Assembly: GCA_044451405.1 (NCBI GenBank)
Contig: JBIOKB010000014.1
Span: 1 to 24,952 of the forward strand
DNA length: 24,952 bases
DNA from: Candidatus Babeliales bacterium
Lineage (GTDB): Bacteria; Babelota; Babeliae; Babelales; Vermiphilaceae
Direction of reading: 5' to 3'
A program made the position numbers and the translations under genes. Shown in pieces: positions 8,114 through 17,830 of the stretch (its first letter is position 1; the number at the start of each line of letters is the position of its first letter). The notes under the pieces were generated by a model. It saw only the letters and a list, made by a program, of their open reading frames with translations, did not search any database and was not told where the DNA came from.

Positions 8114-8448
8114 CGCCCTGTCCAACTGCACAGCACCATACTCTGTGCACGCACGAGCACAGAGTGTGCCAACGGTGGTAGTACCAGATCAATGCCCGTG
8201 CACAGCGGCGATGTGAGTAGCGGAATTTTTTGTACCGTGCACGCTGCATGCGTGTGTGCGATACTTCCACTTAATACCCCTTCCATGGTTTCAAGCGCAC
8301 ACGATAATGCGTAAGAACGATTTCGTATGTCAGCACGTAATGTTGCCGCTTTTCCTAGATACAACACCATAATTGAACTCAATATGATACTCATAAGTAC
8401 CGCTATGGTTGCTTCCATGAGTAAAAATCCGGGGAGTATCTGTTTCAT
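8110..8448 (-). CDS. Type IV prepilin-like protein (PilV/GspI-like)
   Basis: MKQILPG|FLLMEATIAVL motif (G-1, F+1, E+5); GGGGA RBS. Confidence 0.8.
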   Translation of the reverse strand: MKQILPGFLLMEATIAVLMSIILSSIMVLYLGKAATLRADIRNRSYALSCALETMEGVLSGSIAHTHAACTVQKIPLLTSPLCTGIDLVLPPLAHSVLVRAQSMVLCSWTGR

Positions 8449-8563
8449 ACCGGTGTCCCCCTATTTCCTAGGTAAAGAACGGGCAATTTAAATTTCTAAA
8501 AAAACACGTATACTATTAGTAAATATCACTACTATAGGTTAAAAATAAATAAAAAGGTCTTAT

Positions 8564-10924
8564 ATGAAGAGCTATACCCGAACTACCCTCTTTCTTACCC
8601 TCCTTAGTATCGTATTAGGAAGCAGTCAGCCAGTAATGGCCATGAATGCTCCGGCAGCAAACAACGCTGATAACCTACCTGCCCAGAACAATTACCCTCC
8701 TGTAGCTCCCGGTGGCAAAATCGATTTTAATAATATTCCTCCTATGTCTCCTGATGAATTAGCTACATGGGAAGCAGAAGTAACAAAAGAAATCGATCAA
8801 TATGTAAGTACCCTATCGCCAGAAGACCAAGCACAATTTCATAAAGAAGTTGAAGAGCTTACCAATGTTATGAGCAAGATGTCTCCTGATGAACTCGTTA
8901 AGTTTGTTGATCAAATGCTGGTTGAAGAAAATCAACAAGCAATGCCGCAGCCAACACCGCAACCAACAGCACCGACACAACCTGAAGTTGTTGAAGAAAA
9001 ACCGGTGCACACAGAAAAAACACCAGAACTTCCTGCTAAATCAGTTGAAGCAGCCGTTAATCTCATTGACGATCTTATCATGCACATTGAACGATTCATA
9101 CGTAAATCAACCATGATTCCTGAATTGCCCGGCAACATTGAACAATGGGTATCCCGAAACAAAATAAGAGAATGGAAGAATAATTTAACGTGGGAAATTC
9201 TCAAAACTGATATTGAAGCGTTAAATAAACAGCTCAATCACTTAAAAGATCGCGATCCAAAAACTAAGAATTATTTATACTTAAGCAAACTTATCGAACA
9301 AGAAAGTTTATATAATAACTTGATCCATATCAGACAAGCACTTGTACGTCATGAACCAAAAATTCAGCCACCAGCATTTGGTTTAGGTAATGTCACACCA
9401 GAATCACATGAAGCAATCAGACAGGTATTAAATACGCTTGCAGAAGCTATCTACACATTACACGTGCCAACCGATATTGCTAAAGTACTAGGTACTTCAC
9501 AAGCACGTGAAAAAGAGCTCAAGGAAGAAGCAGAAAAAGAGCGCAAACAAGCCATTGAACATTCTAAGCGCCCACAAGTCCATGAAGGTAAACGTGAAAC
9601 GGTAATGCCACAACAAAGCAGAGGCGGCTATACTGGCGGTGAACAACCAGGATATCCATCATACTCAGGCGGCTATCCATATTCCGGTGGCGGATATTAT
9701 GGTGGCCCAGAAACATACACTAACAAACCGAGCACACCACCAAGCAAACCAGGCGCACCAGGAAAAGAAGCTCCAGGCAAAACAGAAAAAGAGAAAAAAG
9801 CTGAGCAAGAGAATAAAAAAGCTGCTGCTACCTTAGATGAAACAGGCAAAGGTTTAGTAACTAAAATTGATAAAGCGCTTGAAAAATTTGCTGAAGTGTA
9901 TGACACCAGTTCACTGCAGAACATCTATAATCAGCTTGCGGGCGGCGCTCAGATAGATAATACATTACACGATGCTATCACTAAAGCACAAACGCACATT
10001 AACAATGCGCTTGATTTAGCTAAGAAATTAAGAACCCGTGGCCGCACTAACCAATCATCAGCAGAAGCGATAAAAAATGCGTTGCGCGATGTAACTGCTC
10101 CATATACAGAACGCATTAATAAGCTCATTAATCAAATCAGCACTCTTAAAACAAAACGCGGTGTTGTGGTACCACCAGCAGTTGAAGCGCTATACACCAC
10201 GCTTACTGATTTCAATAAAGAAGTCGGTGCAAAAGCTGATACACGTGGAGGCATGTCTGCAGGTACGCCAGTAAAACCAACCAAGGCTATGCCAGAGGCA
10301 CCAGCTCCTGAAGTTAAAGGTGCACCAACACCGTCTGCTAAAGCTGGCAAGAAAGAGAGCACGCGCAAAGCAGCACAAGAAAAAGAGGAAGACCAAACGC
10401 CCTACGGAAGACAGAAAGCAAAATTATATGGCGCAATTATTGATGTAGGAATGGCCCTTAACCAAATAAAGGGATTAGATGAGCATATTATTAAGCAAGT
10501 AGATAAGCCAGCAGATATAGCAACTGCTCGCGCATTTACTGAAGTGGTTGATGCATGTAAAGCTGTACAAAGACAGGCAAAAAGCATGACAAGCGTCCTT
10601 CATAAATTACCAGCTGCTGTGCAAAAACAACATCGCACTGAGATGCGTAAAGAATATGCTGATGATTGTAAGATATTTGATAATCTCGTAACACAACTTA
10701 CTGCATTTGAACAACATGTGTTAAAACAGCCGATTTCATTGGATAAAGAATACGCATTCTTTGGTAAAGAAATAACTGAAGAGATGCTTGGTAAAGTTCA
10801 TCAAACAGATCCAGCAAAAGCGCAAGCGATTGAAGCTATTAGAAAAGAATTTGCAAAACCAACCACCATCTCTGATCTTATTAAGGCGCTACAAGCAGCA
10901 AGTAACGCGATACGCGATATATAA
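8564..10924 (+). CDS. Large secreted hypothetical protein (helical, with low-complexity linkers)
   Basis: 786-aa ORF with AAAGG RBS, signal peptide ending VMA, P/Q-, G/Y/P- and K/E-rich segments, followed by a terminator. Confidence 0.85.
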   Translation: MKSYTRTTLFLTLLSIVLGSSQPVMAMNAPAANNADNLPAQNNYPPVAPGGKIDFNNIPPMSPDELATWEAEVTKEIDQYVSTLSPEDQAQFHKEVEELTNVMSKMSPDELVKFVDQMLVEENQQAMPQPTPQPTAPTQPEVVEEKPVHTEKTPELPAKSVEAAVNLIDDLIMHIERFIRKSTMIPELPGNIEQWVSRNKIREWKNNLTWEILKTDIEALNKQLNHLKDRDPKTKNYLYLSKLIEQESLYNNLIHIRQALVRHEPKIQPPAFGLGNVTPESHEAIRQVLNTLAEAIYTLHVPTDIAKVLGTSQAREKELKEEAEKERKQAIEHSKRPQVHEGKRETVMPQQSRGGYTGGEQPGYPSYSGGYPYSGGGYYGGPETYTNKPSTPPSKPGAPGKEAPGKTEKEKKAEQENKKAAATLDETGKGLVTKIDKALEKFAEVYDTSSLQNIYNQLAGGAQIDNTLHDAITKAQTHINNALDLAKKLRTRGRTNQSSAEAIKNALRDVTAPYTERINKLINQISTLKTKRGVVVPPAVEALYTTLTDFNKEVGAKADTRGGMSAGTPVKPTKAMPEAPAPEVKGAPTPSAKAGKKESTRKAAQEKEEDQTPYGRQKAKLYGAIIDVGMALNQIKGLDEHIIKQVDKPADIATARAFTEVVDACKAVQRQAKSMTSVLHKLPAAVQKQHRTEMRKEYADDCKIFDNLVTQLTAFEQHVLKQPISLDKEYAFFGKEITEEMLGKVHQTDPAKAQAIEAIRKEFAKPTTISDLIKALQAASNAIRDI

Positions 10925-10945
10925 ACTATCCTATACAGATACTTA

Positions 10946-10973
10946 AAGAGGGCACTCACGAGAGTGCCCTCTT
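10946..10973. terminator. Probable bidirectional intrinsic terminator
   Basis: AAGAGGGCACTC-acga-GAGTGCCCTCTT perfect 12-bp stem between convergent genes. Confidence 0.85.
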
Positions 10974-11002
10974 CTGTTTAATAGATTCCTACTGGTGAGC
11001 TG

Positions 11003-13933
11003 TTATCTCAACACTCCCTGGCATCGTCTACATAAATCATGTTCACCAGGAAATTCATCCCAATTCCAACAACGTGGGCATTTGCGTCCAAGCGCATGTT
11101 CAACCTGCACAAAGAGTCCTGTCATCATAGATTCAGTAAGCCCTTGCGCTGATGGTGCAAACTCTAGTTGGGAAACAATTAAGAATTCTTTCAAGAAGCT
11201 TTTTTGTGTTTCAACAGCAGTATCTTCATGCACAAAAAAGGGTGCGAGCGAATTGCGCAATGCCATATCCATGTAAATAGTAAGACGCGCTTCGAGCGAA
11301 TGCTTGATGATCCCTTTTTCTCGCATGCCTTCAATGGCTTTTAATAACGCTGAGCGGAGATCTTTTAACACTACCCACTGTTGTTCATGGCTTTTTAACC
11401 ATGCTTGAATTGCATCAAAATTATACGCTGCTGGAACTTCGGTTAACAGCGCATGGGTAGTGGTGATATGCTCGCCACCTTCAGAGAGCATCTGCGTTTC
11501 AAAGAAATGGCGCAGCTGTGTTAATGGTGCAAACTGCTGCATATGAATCGATTGCTGTTTATCTTTTTGGTAATAATCTGAAATCTGTTCAGCGGTAAAT
11601 GAAAGTATTGGGGCCATAAGGCGGGTAAGCGTGTCAAGAATATACCAACACACCGTTTGTGCTGAACGCCGCTTTAACCCAGCCGCTTTTTCAACGTATA
11701 ACCGATCTTTTATAATATCAAGATAGGCGGCACTTAAATCTACCGCACAATAATCACCAAGCACATGGAATATACCCGTAAAATCAACGTTAGCATAATT
11801 ACGCATCACCGTTGCTTGTACATCCACTAATTGTTCTAGCGCGTGACGATCAATGAGTAACAGCTGATCAAACGGAACTGCATCGCGTGTATGATCATAA
11901 TCATACAGATTTTGGAGCAAGAATCGGCACGTGTTGCGAATCTTTTGTGCAACCTGTCCCACATTTTTTAAGAGCACATCTGAAACTACTACGTCACCTG
12001 AATTATCGATGCTTGAAGCCCACAAGCGTAAGCCATCAGTTCCTAACTGATTAATAATATCCTGTGGATCTACGCCGTTACCTAACGATTTAGACATTTT
12101 TCTGCCCTGCGCATCGACTGTGTATCCATGGGTTACAATGGTACGCATCGGTGCAACACCTTCAATAACCAGTGCAGTTAACAAGGAACTTTGAAACCAG
12201 CCGCGATGCTGATCTTTCCCTTCAATATACATATCAGCAGGAAACTGCAATTCCGGATTTTTTCTGAGTACCGCATAATGGCTGATACCAGAATCAAACC
12301 AGACATCTAAAATGTCATATTCTTTTTTAAATACAGTGGTGGTACACAGCGGGCACGCAAAACCTTTTGGTAGGAGCTGCTCAACCTCTACGCTATCCCA
12401 ATATTCAATACCTTCCTGTTCAACACCTTCTGCAACCCGTTCAATTAACCCTTGGGTGATATAGGTATAATCACACTTGGTACAGAGCAATGCCGGAATA
12501 GGTACGCCCCACACTCGTTGACGGGAAAGCACCCATTCAAGACGCCCTTCAATAGTTGCTTTTAACCGGTTAATTGATTTTTCAGGAACCGTGTTAATGG
12601 TATCAGTTACGGTGAGCGCGCGTTGTTTTAAATCACCCTGGGAGAGATTACAAAACCATTGACGCGTTGCACGGAAAATAAGGCCGTTACGGCAGCGCCA
12701 ACAATGGGGGTAACTGTGCTTGATACTTCCTTTATAAAGCATGCGTCCACGCTCAGCTAATTTTTTTATCACCCAAATTTGGCCATCAGTAACCAACATG
12801 CCTTCTAATTCTTGTGGCGCAATCCCCGCAGTATATCGACCATCAGGGCCTACCGGTGAAAAAATTTCAAGACTGTTGCGTACGCCAACTTCATAATCTT
12901 CTGGTCCACAGCCAGGCGCACAGTGCACTAATGCAGTACCATCTTCAAGTAACACTGATTTATCAGCAATAAGTGGCACTTTTAAGTCATCAATAAATGG
13001 GTGCTGTATTTTGGGATGTGCCGCTAATAACGTATCTGAATTAATGGTTGCAATTACTTGGTATTCACGTTGCAATAGGGATGCAAATTTTTCAATTAAT
13101 GCTTGTGCAATAATAAAATAGGTACCGCCAGTTTCAACAATCGCATATTCAGTTGATGGACGGATAAGCACAGCACGATTTAATGGCAACGTCCAGGGGG
13201 TGGTAGTCCACACTAAGAAATTAACTGATTTTCCTGCAAAGTCAGGAAATAGTTGATCGGTAAACGATTGTACAAGTTCAAAGAGCACGTAAATAGATGG
13301 ATCTTTACGTTCATGATATTCAATTTCTGCTGATGCAAGCACTGTTTGATCATGAAAACACCATGGTACGGTTTTATTTTTACGTTCGATGTACCCATTA
13401 GCAACAAAAATACCAAAGGCGCGCAACGTTGCCGCCTCATACCCCGGCGACATGGTAATATAGGGATGATCCCAATCCATTAACACGCCTAATTGTTTCA
13501 ATTCAGATCGCTGTACATCAATCCATTGTTGTGCATAAGCACGGCACGCTTTTTTCATTTCTTGGGGCGACAAACCGGGATTATCTTGGGCCACTTTAAA
13601 TTCAATAGGCAAGCCATGGCAATCCCACCCAGGAATAACGGGCACATGTTTGCCCATCATGCGCTGTGATTTAGTAACAATATCTTTTAAAATTTTATTA
13701 TAGGCGTGACCTAAATGAATGTGGCCATTTGCATAGGGAGGGCCATCATGGAGAATAAATTTGGTATGCCCTTTATTATGCTCAGTTGATTGGGAAAAAA
13801 GTTCTTGCTGCTCCCACCGCTTGATCATCGCCGGGTCTTCAGTTTTTGTATTCGCGCGGAGGGGAAAATCGGTGCGCGGCAAATTTAATGTATCTTTAAA
13901 ACTGACCGTAGTTTCTGCTTTATCAGTGGCCAT
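11003..13933 (-). CDS. ileS: Isoleucine--tRNA ligase (type 1)
   Basis: DGPPYANGHIHLGH, WTTTPWTLP, DQHRGWF, KMSKS and a C-terminal CPRC...LCRRC zinc finger. Confidence 0.98.
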   Translation of the reverse strand: MATDKAETTVSFKDTLNLPRTDFPLRANTKTEDPAMIKRWEQQELFSQSTEHNKGHTKFILHDGPPYANGHIHLGHAYNKILKDIVTKSQRMMGKHVPVIPGWDCHGLPIEFKVAQDNPGLSPQEMKKACRAYAQQWIDVQRSELKQLGVLMDWDHPYITMSPGYEAATLRAFGIFVANGYIERKNKTVPWCFHDQTVLASAEIEYHERKDPSIYVLFELVQSFTDQLFPDFAGKSVNFLVWTTTPWTLPLNRAVLIRPSTEYAIVETGGTYFIIAQALIEKFASLLQREYQVIATINSDTLLAAHPKIQHPFIDDLKVPLIADKSVLLEDGTALVHCAPGCGPEDYEVGVRNSLEIFSPVGPDGRYTAGIAPQELEGMLVTDGQIWVIKKLAERGRMLYKGSIKHSYPHCWRCRNGLIFRATRQWFCNLSQGDLKQRALTVTDTINTVPEKSINRLKATIEGRLEWVLSRQRVWGVPIPALLCTKCDYTYITQGLIERVAEGVEQEGIEYWDSVEVEQLLPKGFACPLCTTTVFKKEYDILDVWFDSGISHYAVLRKNPELQFPADMYIEGKDQHRGWFQSSLLTALVIEGVAPMRTIVTHGYTVDAQGRKMSKSLGNGVDPQDIINQLGTDGLRLWASSIDNSGDVVVSDVLLKNVGQVAQKIRNTCRFLLQNLYDYDHTRDAVPFDQLLLIDRHALEQLVDVQATVMRNYANVDFTGIFHVLGDYCAVDLSAAYLDIIKDRLYVEKAAGLKRRSAQTVCWYILDTLTRLMAPILSFTAEQISDYYQKDKQQSIHMQQFAPLTQLRHFFETQMLSEGGEHITTTHALLTEVPAAYNFDAIQAWLKSHEQQWVVLKDLRSALLKAIEGMREKGIIKHSLEARLTIYMDMALRNSLAPFFVHEDTAVETQKSFLKEFLIVSQLEFAPSAQGLTESMMTGLFVQVEHALGRKCPRCWNWDEFPGEHDLCRRCQGVLR

Positions 13934-14041
13934 GGCTATCCTTAATCAAAAAATCTTTTTTAGATAATAATAACTTTACCGTATTGCCCATTTTTTACTA
14001 GAAACTATAGCAGAATAACCATAATCAGGTATCCTACTCAT

Positions 14042-15403
14042 ATGGAATTTAAAAATAAAAACATTGGCATTTGGGGACTTGGCGTTGTTGGAACGTCAGC
14101 CGTACGTTATTTGCATGCACAGGGTGCCCATCTTCAGGTTTTAGATAACCGCATTCTCAGTGGGGAAGAAACAGCATTTCTTGCTCAATACAGCATCGCC
14201 TGGTTTAATGCCGATAAACTTCTCCCCTTTCTTGAGCATAATGAGTTCATTCTCCCGAGCCCAGGTATTGACCTGCGTCCATATGCTCACTACCAATCAA
14301 AGTGGCTTTCTGAACTTGATATATTTGCAGCGGCATATAAAAAACCGATTATTGCTATTACCGGCTCTATTGGCAAAACAAGTGTTACTCATCTACTATC
14401 TACTATTTTAAGTACCCAATTTCAGGTTGCTACTGGTGGCAATATTGGTACGGCCATGTTCGATTTACTTGCAACCCCATCGGACATCGCCGTCCTTGAA
14501 GTCTCCAGTTTTCAGTTAGATTTGTGCCAATCATTTGCCCCCGATCTTGCTATTTTGACCAACTTTTACCCGAATCACTTGGATAGGCATGGTACTGAAG
14601 ATGAGTATTTTAGGGCTAAAGGCAAAATATTTTCGCAGCAAAAAGAGCATCAAAAAACACTCTTACCATTAAACCTATATAAAAAAATATACCCGCTCGG
14701 CCAGCCTGCTCGTGCAAACACTGCGATTTTCTCTCTTTCACGGCCAACTGACATGGAACTGACTGCCATCGATCCTGCACTCGCCATCTTTTATATCGAG
14801 AACAACTATATTGTATTACATCATAATTATGGCGAACAAAAACTTATTGCGCTCAGTGATTTGCCAGAAGCATCGTTCATAGAAAATTGGCTTATCATCT
14901 GCAGCGCTCTTCATATGCTCAACGTCCGTCTTGATTCTCTTGGAGATATCAAAAATTCTCTCACCGTACCAGAACATCGTCTTGAAAAAGTAGCAACTAT
15001 CAACGACATCATTTTTTATAACGATTCAAAATCAACCACTCCCCAATCAACCCTAGCAGCAATTACACAATTGCAGGGAAAACCAATTCATCTTTTTGTT
15101 GGCGGCATCAGTAAAGGGATTAAACGAGAAGATTTTATTAAGCAATTACATGGACAGGTAAAACAGGTGCATTGTTTTGGTAAAGAACGTGAGCAACTCT
15201 ATTCCTGGTGCATGCAAGCAGCAATCCCTGCAACATGTAGCACAACCCTCGAAGAAGCGTTTGCTACGTGTGCCAAACAAAGCGCACCCGGTGAACAGAT
15301 TGTATTCTCTCCCGCGGGCGCAAGTTTTGATTTGTTTAAAGATTATAAAGAGCGGGGTAACAAATTTAAGGATCTGGTTAAGAAACTGACCACGCAAATT
15401 TAA
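14042..15403 (+). CDS. murD: UDP-N-acetylmuramoyl-L-alanine--D-glutamate ligase
   Basis: SPGI, ITGSIGKTS, GGNIG, LEVSSFQL, NHLDRH, HRLE, NDSKST and SPAGASFDLFKDYKERG. Confidence 0.96.
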   Translation: MEFKNKNIGIWGLGVVGTSAVRYLHAQGAHLQVLDNRILSGEETAFLAQYSIAWFNADKLLPFLEHNEFILPSPGIDLRPYAHYQSKWLSELDIFAAAYKKPIIAITGSIGKTSVTHLLSTILSTQFQVATGGNIGTAMFDLLATPSDIAVLEVSSFQLDLCQSFAPDLAILTNFYPNHLDRHGTEDEYFRAKGKIFSQQKEHQKTLLPLNLYKKIYPLGQPARANTAIFSLSRPTDMELTAIDPALAIFYIENNYIVLHHNYGEQKLIALSDLPEASFIENWLIICSALHMLNVRLDSLGDIKNSLTVPEHRLEKVATINDIIFYNDSKSTTPQSTLAAITQLQGKPIHLFVGGISKGIKREDFIKQLHGQVKQVHCFGKEREQLYSWCMQAAIPATCSTTLEEAFATCAKQSAPGEQIVFSPAGASFDLFKDYKERGNKFKDLVKKLTTQI

Positions 15404-15977
15404 TAAGAACTTTCTCTTTAGGAACGTACGTTTCACGCCGCTGAGGCTCCGTAGGTTCTACATGCATGGCATCTTCTAATTTTGCTTTATCATCAGACTC
15501 TTGTGCTTTTTGCGCTTTCCATTTCAGATATTCATAATAATGTTCTTTCAGCTCTGGATTTTCTTGCAGTTTATCCCAAAGATCTTCTCGCTCTTGTTCA
15601 GGTAGATCTTTATGCTGTAAAAAGAAATCATTTTTTTCTTGAAGCAGCTTTCTCCAATGAGCTTCCCGCTCTGCAACGGGAATATGCAGATATTGTAAAA
15701 AGAATTTCAGCTTCTCTAATAAATAAGCTTCGTTTTTAACAAGATGATCGTGTATATTTTCTTCAAAATCACTCTTAGGAATTTTGAGCAAACGACGATC
15801 TACCTCTTCTATAACAGAGAGTGGCCTGGGAGCCTCTCCCAATGCAGCATAGCGCCAAGCGGGTGAATCAAAATACGCTTCAGGTTTTTGAGGAGGCTTT
15901 GGCCTTGGCACCTGCTGTTGTCCCCACATCACTGATGCGCCCATCAACAACCCACCAAAAACTAATTTTTTTGTCAT
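15378..15977 (-). CDS. Secreted hypothetical protein (paralog A)
   Basis: AGGGAG RBS, MTKKLVFGGLLMGASVMWG signal-like start and a charged helical body. Similar to 16060..16464. Confidence 0.8.
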   Translation of the reverse strand: MTKKLVFGGLLMGASVMWGQQQVPRPKPPQKPEAYFDSPAWRYAALGEAPRPLSVIEEVDRRLLKIPKSDFEENIHDHLVKNEAYLLEKLKFFLQYLHIPVAEREAHWRKLLQEKNDFFLQHKDLPEQEREDLWDKLQENPELKEHYYEYLKWKAQKAQESDDKAKLEDAMHVEPTEPQRRETYVPKEKVLIKFAWSVS

Positions 15978-16059
15978 AACTTTACTCCCTTACTGTGATT
16001 AATTATGTGTCGGTAAATCTACGCTCAGGAGCTAGTGTAGACAGGAGCATCAGTGTTTA

Positions 16060-16464
16060 CTAGATCTTTGGTGTGCTATTTTTTGCTACTCCTGCATTTT
16101 GCTTTGCACAATGAGCAACAATATGCTTACCAAATACACTAAGCTCTTCAGCTTTTTGATGTTTCTCTAGCCACATAGCATTAATCTGTTTCTTTTTTAG
16201 GCGAAATAAATCCCGATTCTTTTCATCTAGATGCGCCCTATAATCATGGGCTACCAGGCTCTGTTGAAAAGAAAGTTTGTCTTGAAATACCTCATGGTTA
16301 ACGCTCACATGAGCTTTCTGTTGAACAGTTGGATAAAAAGAAGGTGTGAAACCGAGATAATCCTCAGGAGATTCTGGCTTTTTCCATGTCGTTTTTTGCC
16401 AGTCCATCCCATACATTCCTACGTTCAAGAATACTAATCCTGTTATAAATAGTTTTTTAACCAT
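16060..16464 (-). CDS. Secreted hypothetical protein (paralog B)
   Basis: AGGGGG RBS and MVKKLFITGLVFLNVGMYG signal-like start. Similar to 15378..15977. Confidence 0.8.
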   Translation of the reverse strand: MVKKLFITGLVFLNVGMYGMDWQKTTWKKPESPEDYLGFTPSFYPTVQQKAHVSVNHEVFQDKLSFQQSLVAHDYRAHLDEKNRDLFRLKKKQINAMWLEKHQKAEELSVFGKHIVAHCAKQNAGVAKNSTPKI

Positions 16465-16578
16465 ATATTCCCCCTACTTTATTAACGATCCATATTGAAA
16501 AAAGTGTTAAGGATACATAGTTTCTCATATTCTCAATTTATTTCAACCGGTAATAATAAATGTTGGATAGGTAAAGCG

Positions 16579-16608
16579 TTGACAGAAGAAAAAGGGGTTT
16601 ATTAAGGT
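16579..16608 (+). promoter_or_regulatory. Putative sigma70 promoter for ftsW
   Basis: TTGACA (16579-16584), 18-nt spacer, TAAGGT (16603-16608). Confidence 0.45.
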
Positions 16609-16631
16609 AGCAGAGTAATGAAAGGTATCCC

Positions 16632-17738
16632 ATGCTTCACCCCTATCGTGCCACCAGAAATGATCTGAGTATTATCCTCATAACCACCCTCGCACTGGTA
16701 ATTATCGGTCTCTTATTTATTTATTCATCAAGCTCAGTGTATGCGCTGGAACACTTTGGCACATCGTTATATTTTGTTAAAAAACAACTTATTGGATTGT
16801 GTGTAGGCTTCATCGCCTTTATCATCGCCTGCATGATACCGGTAGAAGTAGTAAAGCGCTATTGTCCGCTCTTTTTTTTTGCGGCCCTTGGCCTTACAGC
16901 ACTGACCTTAGTCCCCGGTCTTTCCCAGCACATTAATGGTTCAAGTCGCTGGATTAATCTTTACGGTTTTGTCTTTCAGCCAAGTGAATTATTAAAAATC
17001 GCGCTTATTCTCTATATTGTTCACTTTATTACCAAAAACCAAAAGCGAACTTCCTCATTTATAAACGGCTACGTGCCACCTCTTATCATTGTTGGAATTA
17101 CCAGCCTTATTTTACTCAAGCAACCTGATTTTGGTCTGACCGTAACGCTGATCATCACCATCTTTGCTCTCTTTTTTATCGCCCAATTTTATACGCTCTA
17201 TTTAGCACTCACCATGGCAGCAATGATTCCTGCAGGCATTGCGCTCATTATGTTTAAAACATACCGTCTCAAGCGTGTTTTAACATTTTTAAATCCGTGG
17301 GATGATCCCCAAGGAGCTGGGTTTCAAATTATACAATCACTCATTGCTATTGGATCCGGGCACATTATGGGTCTTGGAATAGCGCAATCAAAGCAAAAAT
17401 TCTTTTATTTACCGATGCAGCATACGGATTTTATCTTTTCTATCATCGCAGAAGAAACCGGCTTTATAGGCTGCCTCACCATAATTACTCTCTATATGAT
17501 TCTACTCTACACGGGCCTCAAACTTGCCTGGCAACTGACTGATCCCTTTTGCACCCTATCGAGTATCGGCTTTGTGCTTCTTATTAACCTCCAGGCACTC
17601 ATAAATCTGGCAGTAACCACCGGGTTAGTCCCTACCAAAGGGATCGGGCTACCGCTGGTAAGTTATGGGAACACCGCCTTGGTGTGCAATCTGGCCATGA
17701 TTGGCCTTATGGTGCGAATGGTTAAAGAATCGCGATGA
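16632..17738 (+). CDS. ftsW: SEDS peptidoglycan glycosyltransferase FtsW
   Basis: GSSRWI, QPSELLK, QPDFG, GFQIIQSLIAIGSG, QSKQKFFYLPMQHTDFIF and PTKGIGLPLVSYG. The QK-FYLP and PTKG motifs favour FtsW over RodA. Confidence 0.93.
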   Translation: MLHPYRATRNDLSIILITTLALVIIGLLFIYSSSSVYALEHFGTSLYFVKKQLIGLCVGFIAFIIACMIPVEVVKRYCPLFFFAALGLTALTLVPGLSQHINGSSRWINLYGFVFQPSELLKIALILYIVHFITKNQKRTSSFINGYVPPLIIVGITSLILLKQPDFGLTVTLIITIFALFFIAQFYTLYLALTMAAMIPAGIALIMFKTYRLKRVLTFLNPWDDPQGAGFQIIQSLIAIGSGHIMGLGIAQSKQKFFYLPMQHTDFIFSIIAEETGFIGCLTIITLYMILLYTGLKLAWQLTDPFCTLSSIGFVLLINLQALINLAVTTGLVPTKGIGLPLVSYGNTALVCNLAMIGLMVRMVKESR

Positions 17739-17830
17739 TACTCTCACAAAACTAAATTTGAATTGTCCTAAAAATTGGGGTACACCTAGTACGTGTTAAC
17801 AATGTATCTACATTACCTCAAGGAACATTC

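Noticed and set aside
14042-15403. MurD motif variants (GSIGKTS, DSKSTT) as a sign of altered specificity
   Set aside because: The D-Glu-binding region (SKG, ASFDLF) is retained; the changes look like ordinary divergence.
16018-16048. Hairpin TCTACGCT...AGTGTAGA and a CAGGAGC duplication between the paralogs
   Set aside because: It is short, has no U-tract and shows no repeat-spacer periodicity, so it is not supportable as a terminator or CRISPR remnant.
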